Below are positions 1 to 6,374 of a stretch of 13,081 nt of DNA, piece by piece. Made by a program: the position numbers and the translations under genes. Below the pieces are notes generated by a model. It worked only from the letters and a program-made list of their open reading frames with translations. It was not told the DNA's origin and searched no databases. Source of the stretch: a virus. Taxonomy: Duplodnaviria > Heunggongvirae > Uroviricota > Caudoviricetes. The stretch is taken from IMG/VR virus record IMGVR_UViG_2568526681_000001; one strand, 5' to 3'. Each line of letters opens with the position of its first letter. Positions within the stretch are counted from its first letter, which is position 1.

Positions 1-3000
1 TCACGGGACTGCTGTTGCATAAAGTCCGCTGCTGCTTTTTTCCCGAGGTCATAAACCACCTTCAGGGCAGCCGGACCTATCTGCCCGTTCATGCCGTCGT
101 TATTAATCTCGATATTGTACTGCGGGGCAAACATCGCCATACCTGATCCACAAATCTGTGCCACAACACCCAGCTTACCGTCAGCACCACGACGCAGTGG
201 CAGAATGGCTTCAGGTCCCGCTTCTCCCATCACACCCGCCCCTTTTGCAAAAGCAAAAAACGTCGGACGGTTAACCACCGTGCCACTGTAGCGACTCAAA
301 TCAGCAGACTGATAAATCCCCCCATTGGCATTCAGGGAAAGGCTGCTGAGATCAAATCCCAGTACACTGCCAATCCCTTTTATCGATTTCATCATGGTTG
401 CCTGCGCCAGGATTTTCGCCATATCTGACAGCACAGAAGAGGTGAAGGATTTGAAATTGAGTTTGCCGGTAGTGACAAAAGTTGCCAGGCCATTTCCCAT
501 GTTGCTGAAGGCTGACGAGAACACCTGTTCTGCTGTTTCTGCCGTATTATCTGCATCCACGGTAAAATCCTGAAATGCACGCAGGACTCCGTTTTTCCAG
601 TTACCCTGCACAACTTCAAGCTGTTGCCAGTAACGGCGATTCTCATTCAGTTGTCGGTTCAGGCTCTCCGTCAGCGCCTGCTCGGCCTTTCTGTAGTCAT
701 CCGTGTTATATGTCCCTTTCTGCTCACTATCCCGCCTCAACTGCTCCAGCTGTTGCTGGTATTTCTGGCGAAGACTCAGTTGTACCTGATATCGCTGTCG
801 CTGCTGATCACCCATACCCACCGTGGCGATATCCAGGTCATGTTGCTGACGCTGAGCGCGCTCTTCTTCAGCCAGTTGACTGGTCAGCTGAATTGTTTTT
901 TTCTTCAGCTCGTTGAGTGCCGTCTGTTTCTGAAGCTCCTGCTGTTTTACATCCAGCAGCGTCAGTGCCTGAATCAGTTCATCTTTACGGGCCAGCACAC
1001 TCTTTTCATCTGCCGTCAGTTTTTTCCCGTCCAGGTCGCTGATGCGCTGCTGCAGAGCCAGAAGCTGTTTATGCGCTTCTGTCATCCTTTCCGTGGCAAT
1101 GCCTGCTGACTGTCTGGCAGCAGCAATCTGTCCTTCCACCTGTGCCTGTTGCTGACTGTACTGCAGCAATAACCGGGTGGCCTCATCATTACGGGTTTCG
1201 CGTGTTTTTTTCTTACCGGATGCCAGGGCTTTCTCGTAACGTTCATTTTCACGTTGTATCGCCGCATCCCTGACAGCCTGATCGGCGTACTGCATGGCAT
1301 TAATACGCGCAATTTCACGCTGATGTCGTGCTGCTTCCGTTTCATTCATCCGGTTCAGTGCAGCATTTTCAGCATTACGGCGTTTCTGTTGCTCCTGATA
1401 ATTCCGCTCTGCCTGCTCTTTTGCATCCTGCAAATCCTTCTGGCGTTTTTTCTCCTGAAGCTCGTTAAGACGCTGCTGATCGTATTCAACCTGAGAAGAT
1501 GATGCCGTCCAGGGGAGTCTTTTCGCCCGCGACACTTTCTCCTGTAAAGCGGCAATCTGTTCATCCAGCGAGTCTTCACGACCAATATTCATGGCCGCAT
1601 CCCAGAAACGACTCCACAAATCAGACAGATACTTCAGCGTACTGCCAAGCGCATTGAGGTTATTATCAATATCCGCAGTACGCCGACCGGTTTCCTCTGC
1701 CAGTGCAGACATGGCTATCCGTGCAGCATCACTGGACCGCCCCTGCTCCCCAAGGACGCGTATCTGCTCAAGCTGAGTGGCAGTAAGAAAATGCAGCTCA
1801 TTGTCCAGAGCCTTCGCGGCATTTACAGGATCATCCTTCAGCCGCTTAAACTGATTTATGGTATCGCTGACCGACTGGCCAACCGATCGCTCCATCTGTG
1901 CGGCAGCTCTCGCCACCATACCGATATCGTTTCCACGAAATGCACCACTCCCCACCACCTGAGCCAGCGCACCGGCTGCAGCATGTTGCGTGATACCATT
2001 CCCGGAAATAGCACGACTGAGCGTCCACAGCTGCCCGGCAGTGACTCCGGCATAATGCCCCGTCAGCGACAACTGGCGGTTAAATTCTTCCCCCTCCTTC
2101 TGACCGTCATACCAGGCTTTACCCAGACCATAGACGGCCGCGGCAATACCGCCAATAACCCCGCCAAGCATCATGCCTTTCGGTGACATCAGTGTGTCTA
2201 TCCATCCGGCACGGTTAGCCAGCGTTATCCCGGATCCCCTCAGCGCCCCTAAATTGCCGCGGGCCAGTTCACCTATCAGAACGCCTATCTCCTGGCGGGC
2301 TGCTGCACTTTTCAGACCCAGCGAATGCGTGGCTTTTCCTGCCTGCTCCATTTTGCGGATATACACTTCTGCAGCACTGCTTACCCCCAGCTGGGCTGCC
2401 TTAGCACGAAGCAACTCAGAAGATGAAAGATTCAGGCGGGTTGCCTGCTCTTTAAGCTGACGGATAAACGCCACTTTCTGTCGGGTAGCCTCTTCCTCAG
2501 CCTGTGTAAGAACACGGGTTTTCGCAGTAACCTCAGAAATCAGCGCCAGATAATCCTGCTGACCAATCCCGCCACTGTTTCTGGCCTGTCGGATCTGCTG
2601 CTGAATACGCTGTAATTCCTGCAGCCCCGCACTGGCCTGTTTCACACTGTCAATCTGACGATAAAACGCAGCTGCTGCTTTATCCTGCGCCTCCGCCAGC
2701 GCCCTGGCATGCGCCTGTTCCTCGCGCATTTTCTGGCTCAGTGCCTCCATGCGATGGCGGGTTTGCTCCACCTCCCGGGCCATGCGCTCATGAGCCCGGG
2801 CACTTTTTTCCGCCGTCTGTGCATGGGCGGATGCGGCTGCTGAAGCCGAAGAAGCCGCCTGTGCTGCCTGCCGGGCAGCCTGCGCCTGACGCTCCATAAA
2901 CCGCTGCATACGGGCAGAGGAACGTTCTGCATCGCTGGCCGCTCCATTCAGCAGGTTTTTGATACGGGGAATTTCATTTTTAAACTCCGCCGCATCAATA

Positions 3001-3035
3001 CCCAGATCAATGACCAGGTTGGCTATCTGGTCCAT
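1..3035 (-). CDS. H: Tail tape measure protein (lambda gpH-like), C-terminus truncated by the window edge; at least 1011 codons
   Basis: The minus-strand frame is open from ATG at 3035 (GGAGG Shine-Dalgarno 8 nt upstream; in-frame TGA at 3072-3074 bounds the 5' end) to the window edge; I hand-translated both ends. The N-terminal part is Ala/Gln/Arg/Glu-rich (coiled-coil-like), followed by a Gly-rich hydrophobic segment (GMMLGGVIGGIAAAVYGLG). Near the C-terminus is FAFAKGAGVMGEAGPEAILPLRRGADGKLGVVA, which I recall as a conserved gpH motif. Position directly downstream of G/G-T fits. It is absent from the ORF track because it has no stop within the window. Confidence 0.85.
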   Translation of the reverse strand, partial: MDQIANLVIDLGIDAAEFKNEIPRIKNLLNGAASDAERSSARMQRFMERQAQAARQAAQAASSASAAASAHAQTAEKSARAHERMAREVEQTRHRMEALSQKMREEQAHARALAEAQDKAAAAFYRQIDSVKQASAGLQELQRIQQQIRQARNSGGIGQQDYLALISEVTAKTRVLTQAEEEATRQKVAFIRQLKEQATRLNLSSSELLRAKAAQLGVSSAAEVYIRKMEQAGKATHSLGLKSAAARQEIGVLIGELARGNLGALRGSGITLANRAGWIDTLMSPKGMMLGGVIGGIAAAVYGLGKAWYDGQKEGEEFNRQLSLTGHYAGVTAGQLWTLSRAISGNGITQHAAAGALAQVVGSGAFRGNDIGMVARAAAQMERSVGQSVSDTINQFKRLKDDPVNAAKALDNELHFLTATQLEQIRVLGEQGRSSDAARIAMSALAEETGRRTADIDNNLNALGSTLKYLSDLWSRFWDAAMNIGREDSLDEQIAALQEKVSRAKRLPWTASSSQVEYDQQRLNELQEKKRQKDLQDAKEQAERNYQEQQKRRNAENAALNRMNETEAARHQREIARINAMQYADQAVRDAAIQRENERYEKALASGKKKTRETRNDEATRLLLQYSQQQAQVEGQIAAARQSAGIATERMTEAHKQLLALQQRISDLDGKKLTADEKSVLARKDELIQALTLLDVKQQELQKQTALNELKKKTIQLTSQLAEEERAQRQQHDLDIATVGMGDQQRQRYQVQLSLRQKYQQQLEQLRRDSEQKGTYNTDDYRKAEQALTESLNRQLNENRRYWQQLEVVQGNWKNGVLRAFQDFTVDADNTAETAEQVFSSAFSNMGNGLATFVTTGKLNFKSFTSSVLSDMAKILAQATMMKSIKGIGSVLGFDLSSLSLNANGGIYQSADLSRYSGTVVNRPTFFAFAKGAGVMGEAGPEAILPLRRGADGKLGVVAQICGSGMAMFAPQYNIEINNDGMNGQIGPAALKVVYDLGKKAAADFMQQQSR

Positions 3036-3734
3036 AACGCACACCTCCGGAAATACCTTCCCCAAGATGCATCAGTTCTTCGTCCGTTCGCTCCGGTATC
3101 CCGTCCTCTTCCGGTAAAAGGCTGAAATCAGCCACCGCAGCATCACTGCTGCCGGACACCATTCTCACGATCAATGCCTTCAGCGAGGCAAACTGCGCAT
3201 CCATCCACACATCACTGAAGCTCTGCATCCGGAAATAATCGCCCCACTCACCAAGCTCAGTGGCCGACATTTCCGACAGCATCCGCCGCCAGTCTGCCCG
3301 CCGGAACTCCCGGGCAAGCCGCATGACAAACTGCATTTCCCGCGTCAGGACTTTTCCGGCGTCAGCACCTCATGCTCCAAATCCCCGGCATTCTCAATGG
3401 CCCCCATACCGCTCAGCGACAGAACCATCTCCGCCCCCGCTCCCAGGGCATCATACGACCATGTTGTAATAACGGATGCGCAAAGCGTCTCAACATCCTG
3501 AGACTGTTCCGCATTCCACAGTGAGCGGGAAACCAGCCAGGCATTGATATCCATCCCCATCCGCAGAAAAGCAATCTGTCGTTCAGCCTCCGGCAGTTCT
3601 CCCTCTTCGGCATCAAACTTTGCCGTTCGCTGCTGAACAAACGCCAGATATTCAATTCTCTGCAGCCCGGACAGCTCACTGAGCACCACGGACTGCTTTT
3701 CATAATTAAACGTGCTCTGTTTCAGAAACATCAT
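3007..3734 (-). CDS. Tail assembly chaperone G-T fusion, made by a programmed -1 ribosomal frameshift near the 3' end of G (T-frame part about 3007..3357)
   Basis: The T reading frame (track ORF 3007..3336) is exactly -1 relative to G. It is open upstream only as far as an in-frame TGA about 27 nt before the G stop, so any shift must occur in the last 8 codons of G. An A-rich heptamer G GAA AAG lies there. The G/T arrangement between V and H is conserved in lambda-like phages. The T-frame stop (3007-3009) overlaps the H start by 29 nt. Confidence 0.6.
3345..3734 (-). CDS. G: Tail assembly chaperone G (lambda gpG-like), about 129 aa
   Basis: Start ATG at 3734 (tandem ATGATG, GGTGGAGA Shine-Dalgarno upstream). 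The N-terminus MMFLKQSTFNYEKQSVVLSELSGLQRIEYLAF matches my recollection of lambda gpG (MFLK...TLSELSALQRIEHLA). Sits between V and H. Confidence 0.75.
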   Translation of the reverse strand: MMFLKQSTFNYEKQSVVLSELSGLQRIEYLAFVQQRTAKFDAEEGELPEAERQIAFLRMGMDINAWLVSRSLWNAEQSQDVETLCASVITTWSYDALGAGAEMVLSLSGMGAIENAGDLEHEVLTPEKS

Positions 3735-3747
3735 GTTCTCCACCTGC

Positions 3748-3771
3748 AAAAAAGCCCCGGATAACCGGGGC
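3748..3771 (-). terminator. Intrinsic-terminator-like hairpin between V and G
   Basis: On the minus-strand RNA: GCCCCGG-UUAU-CCGGGGC (7-bp all-GC stem, 4-nt loop) followed directly by UUUUUU. It lies 20 nt after the V stop and just before the G Shine-Dalgarno. The plus-strand side has no U-run, so it is minus-strand specific. Confidence 0.6.
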
Positions 3772-3791
3772 AAATGATGAGTATCGTCCTG

Positions 3792-4535
3792 TTAACCTGC
3801 GGCGCTGACAGCCACCGTAGCCACTGCCACAAAATCGCCGTCAGAAGTCATGCCCACAATGCTGACACTGCCCTGCTTCACGCCTTTCACCGTGGCCACA
3901 AGCCCGTTCAGGGTCACCGTGGCAGTCTGTGGATCTGTCGAATGCACACTGATCGCTTTGTCACTGGCTCCGTCAGGTTTTACTGTAAAGGTCAGCGTGG
4001 TGGTTGCTCCCACTTTTACACTGGCAGATGCCGGTGCCACCGTCAGCCCGGTAACGCTCACTGTTTCAGTGCCTTCCTCTGCCAGATACGGACGCCCCAC
4101 ACCGCTGATTTTCACTGTGCGGGTCATCACGTCTTTTGAGGCAATGGTTTTACCCAGTGAGCTCAGCCAGCCACGGAAAACATCAACAGTGCCGTTGGGA
4201 TATTTGATACGAAACGCGCAGACTTCACCGGAGTCGAACAACTGAACCAGTTTTTTCTGCCCGCTGTCACCCGGACGCCAGGCCAGCGTCGCCGAAGTAT
4301 CACCAACGGATTTCTGCCCCTGGGTTGTTGTTTTCCAGTCTGCATCTTCATCATCGAGATAAGTGTCATCTTCTGCATCAGCGGTCATTTCGCCAGGTTG
4401 CAGATCCTTCACCATCGCAAGACGCAGCCAGTCAGTGTCCTGTAAAGGGTTCGCAAACGGATCGCCACGGCCGGTGTACATCCAGAACGTCGTTCCCGCA
4501 CCTTTCGTTTTTGCCAGTGGATTTGGTGTGGTCAT
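3792..4535 (-). CDS. V: Major tail protein (lambda gpV-like), 247 aa, with C-terminal Ig-like domain
   Basis: Start ATG at 4535 with a strong Shine-Dalgarno (TAAGGAGGTGGTA-ATG). The sequence MTTPNPLAKTKGAGTTFWMYTGRGDPFANPL...DDEDADW...GDTS.TLAW...KYPNGTVDVFRGW...VGRP matches recalled lambda gpV nearly motif for motif. The C-terminal ~90 aa (TVAPASASVKVGATTTLTFTVKPDG...) resembles the Ig-like (Big_2) domain of gpV. The track ORF start at 4610 is an upstream extension overlapping U and was rejected. Confidence 0.9.
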   Translation of the reverse strand: MTTPNPLAKTKGAGTTFWMYTGRGDPFANPLQDTDWLRLAMVKDLQPGEMTADAEDDTYLDDEDADWKTTTQGQKSVGDTSATLAWRPGDSGQKKLVQLFDSGEVCAFRIKYPNGTVDVFRGWLSSLGKTIASKDVMTRTVKISGVGRPYLAEEGTETVSVTGLTVAPASASVKVGATTTLTFTVKPDGASDKAISVHSTDPQTATVTLNGLVATVKGVKQGSVSIVGMTSDGDFVAVATVAVSAAG

Positions 4536-4545
4536 TACCACCTCC

Positions 4546-4947
4546 TTAATTCGTGTACGTGATCTGGTACGTGATTTCCGCCATCGCCCAGGTGGCCATC
4601 TCATTATCACGTTGATAGTTAAAACCGAGTGGGATCAGGGTATCGATGAGTCCGGAAAGTGCCGGTACATCATTCAGGGCCGGGAAAATGGTGCTCTCCA
4701 TCCACATATCCAGCTCTGAATCCGGTGCCTGTGCCCGGATGAAGACAGCAATATGCAGAACAGCCTGCCAGTCATCTTCATCCGTCATTTTTCCGGTGTA
4801 CTGAGCATCACTCAGCCACACCGCCACGGCAGGCAGTTCCTGCGCATCAACAAATGCCGGAAGCCCGTCAAAAAACGTGGCGCTGTCTCCACACTGTTCC
4901 CGAAGGCGTGCCAGTACGACCTGGCGGATTTGTGTATGTCGGTTCAT
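4546..4947 (-). CDS. U: Tail terminator protein (lambda gpU-like), about 133 aa
   Basis: The sequence ...SATFFDGLPAFVDAQELPAVAVWLSDAQYTG...WQAVLHIAVFIRAQAPDSELDMWMESTIFPALNDVPALSGLIDTL...TYQITY matches recalled lambda gpU (GATFFDGRPAVFDEADFPAVAVYLTGAEYTG...PDSELDAWMES...TYVITYEM). I chose ATG at 4947 (MNRHTQ..., aligns to lambda MKHTELR and forms an ATGA overlap with the Z stop); ATG at 4959 is an alternative. The U stop TAA is embedded in the V Shine-Dalgarno. Confidence 0.88.
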   Translation of the reverse strand: MNRHTQIRQVVLARLREQCGDSATFFDGLPAFVDAQELPAVAVWLSDAQYTGKMTDEDDWQAVLHIAVFIRAQAPDSELDMWMESTIFPALNDVPALSGLIDTLIPLGFNYQRDNEMATWAMAEITYQITYTN

Positions 4948-5534
4948 CGGGTCAGCCATAACCTCAGTTGTTGTTTCAGTGCATACCCCAGCTGTTTCGG
5001 CATTTCCGCAGTAATGATGCGGTTGCGGGCATCATGGAATGCCTGTGTCAGCGGTCCGGACAGCGGGATTTTCACTACCTCCACAGGAAGACGATTTTTT
5101 CTTGGCCTGCCCTGATGGTCATGCCCTGTTGCAAAACGCGCTTCAGGAAGACGCCTCAGAACATGCCAGCGGCCATTCGCCAGTTGCTGAACAAATGCCC
5201 CCCGGAAAAAGTATTTTCCCACTCTCAGTCCTTCACCAGCACGTCGCCGTGTTGTGTTCAGTTTGATGGCGGGCAGATTGCCCCGGTTAACGCGGATTCT
5301 GGCCGTCATTTTTCCTGACGGACTGGCTTTAAACACCCGGACACGCTGACGTACCAGTTTCAGGGGGATCCCTTTCACCTGGTTATCTCCCGCAACGGTA
5401 TTCCCGGCAACCTGCCGGGTGGCAACCGAGACCGCTTTCTGTGCCACACGGTTTATCGCCCATGCGCTGGCCTGTGGCACCATACGGGTATCAAGGCTGT
5501 TCAGATTGCGGATGGCATTCTCAAGCCCCTTCAT
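4944..5534 (-). CDS. Z: Tail completion protein (lambda gpZ-like), 196 aa
   Basis: N-terminus MKGLENAIRNLNSL...AINRVAQ... and C-terminus ...QQLANGRWHV...VKIP...PKQLGYALKQQLRLWLTR match recalled lambda gpZ (MAIKGLEQAVENL...INRVAS...QQLKNGRWHV...VKIP...PKELGYALQHQLRM). AGAGG Shine-Dalgarno 6 nt upstream of ATG 5534. Confidence 0.85.
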   Translation of the reverse strand: MKGLENAIRNLNSLDTRMVPQASAWAINRVAQKAVSVATRQVAGNTVAGDNQVKGIPLKLVRQRVRVFKASPSGKMTARIRVNRGNLPAIKLNTTRRRAGEGLRVGKYFFRGAFVQQLANGRWHVLRRLPEARFATGHDHQGRPRKNRLPVEVVKIPLSGPLTQAFHDARNRIITAEMPKQLGYALKQQLRLWLTR

Positions 5535-5545
5535 CCCACACCTCT

Positions 5546-5821
5546 TTACTCAATAAAGATCATTGGCTTACCATTAAAGCGTTCATGCCGTGTGACCGTC
5601 CATTGTTGTCCGTCATAAACAACGCGATCCCCGCGCCGTGGGCGGTATCCCGAAGAAAATACCACCAGAGATACCGCAGGTCCGGACAGAGCATTCAGCT
5701 CTGCCAGTGTTTCTCCCGGGATCACAGTCATATCGACATCATTAATACAGGCCGTTCTTCCCATTCTCCTGACAGTTACCGAGTCCATACGGGAACACAC
5801 AGACTGAAAGGGGGACATCAT
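5546..5821 (-). CDS. Putative head-tail joining protein (gpFII-like), 91 aa
   Basis: Small ORF in the position lambda FII occupies, between head genes and Z. The C-terminal region ([15 protein letters not shown]) loosely resembles the FII C-terminus as I recall it. Its start ATG overlaps the stop of the upstream gene (ATGA). Assignment is by position and weak similarity only. Confidence 0.5.
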   Translation of the reverse strand: MMSPFQSVCSRMDSVTVRRMGRTACINDVDMTVIPGETLAELNALSGPAVSLVVFSSGYRPRRGDRVVYDGQQWTVTRHERFNGKPMIFIE

Positions 5822-6288
5822 GAACCACCCCGATCGCCTTTTTCGCCCTTCGGCCCCTGAGGTCCTGCCGGGCCACGCTCACCTGTATCACCCTTTGGCC
5901 CCTGAGGTCCCGGCTCTCCCTTTTCTCCTCTCGGGCCCGTGTCCCCCTTTTCTCCCCTGGCACCACCAAAGTTAATCCTGACAGCGACGACATCACTCCC
6001 GGTACCAGCCTCTTCCCAGACAACCCCGACCAGCGGATCAGAGCCGCTGTTAGTCAGCTGAACTTTTCCGGACTTCAGATAAACCTTCTTACCCGTTTTC
6101 ATATCATCCGTTTTCAGCTTAGGCAGCATAAACACACCTTCGGTCATGCCGTCGCCTGTTTCACCCTGTGGAATATCGGTCAGCGCCACCGCAAAAACAT
6201 CACCCACCTGCACCAGATCTCCGCTGCTGATGGCTGCACTGGCAACAATCGCCACCGTTTTTCCTTCTTCTACAAAATTCTTTGCCAT
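5818..6288 (-). CDS. Putative capsid decoration protein (DUF2190-like N-terminal domain) with a C-terminal collagen-like Gly-X-Y region, 156 aa
   Basis: ATG at 6288 with GGAGA Shine-Dalgarno 5 nt upstream (the track start at 6333 is TTG inside a terminator hairpin and was rejected). N-terminus [36 protein letters not shown]... resembles small phage head-decoration proteins that sit just after the major capsid gene. The C-terminus is 15 uninterrupted G-X-Y triplets. Function assigned by position and recalled family resemblance, without a search. Confidence 0.5.
   Translation of the reverse strand: MAKNFVEEGKTVAIVASAAISSGDLVQVGDVFAVALTDIPQGETGDGMTEGVFMLPKLKTDDMKTGKKVYLKSGKVQLTNSGSDPLVGVVWEEAGTGSDVVAVRINFGGARGEKGDTGPRGEKGEPGPQGPKGDTGERGPAGPQGPKGEKGDRGGS
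5821..5964 (-). repeat. Collagen-like Gly-X-Y coding repeat (15 consecutive triplets) forming the C-terminus of the putative decoration protein
   Basis: Translation reads [48 protein letters not shown]. At nucleotide level the plus strand shows near-repeats such as ggcccctgaggtcc (twice) and cccttttctcc. Confidence 0.8.
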
Positions 6289-6301
6289 AACTGTCTCCAC
6301 A

Positions 6302-6320
6302 CAGCCCCGTTCAGGGGCTG
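6302..6320 (-). other. Stable stem-loop in the 5' UTR of the decoration gene, between the candidate terminator and the Shine-Dalgarno
   Basis: Perfect inverted repeat cagcccc-gttca-ggggctg (7-bp stem, 5-nt loop). It has no following U-tract and ends 8 nt before the GGAGA Shine-Dalgarno of the decoration gene. Confidence 0.5.
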
Positions 6321-6331
6321 ATTTCAGGTAC

Positions 6332-6350
6332 AAAAAAAGCCCTTACGGGC
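6332..6350 (-). terminator. Candidate weak intrinsic terminator after the capsid gene
   Basis: On the minus-strand RNA: GCCC-GUAA-GGGC (4-bp GC stem, GNRA-type tetraloop) followed by UUUUUUU, starting 25 nt after the capsid stop. The stem is short, so efficiency is uncertain. Confidence 0.4.
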
Positions 6351-6374
6351 CATCAGAGTTGTTGTCTGCGATGT

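Noticed and set aside
575-2460. Plus-strand ORFs in the track (575..916, 624..1109, 1254..1502, 1591..1776, 1791..2186, 2173..2460), some over 100 aa
   Set aside because: All lie antisense to the continuous tape measure frame. Their Leu/Gln/Ser-rich, low-complexity translations are what the reverse complement of a coiled-coil, Ala/Gln/Glu-rich gene produces. None has a convincing ribosome-binding site.
3413-3703. Alternate-frame minus-strand ORF (96 aa) inside G
   Set aside because: Fully embedded in the G gene in another frame, with an Arg/Trp/Cys-rich composition and no ribosome-binding site.
4536-4610. Upstream extension of the V ORF to 4610 (MIMRWPPGRWRK...)
   Set aside because: It overlaps the U C-terminus. 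ATG at 4535 has a near-consensus Shine-Dalgarno and yields a gpV-like N-terminus and length.
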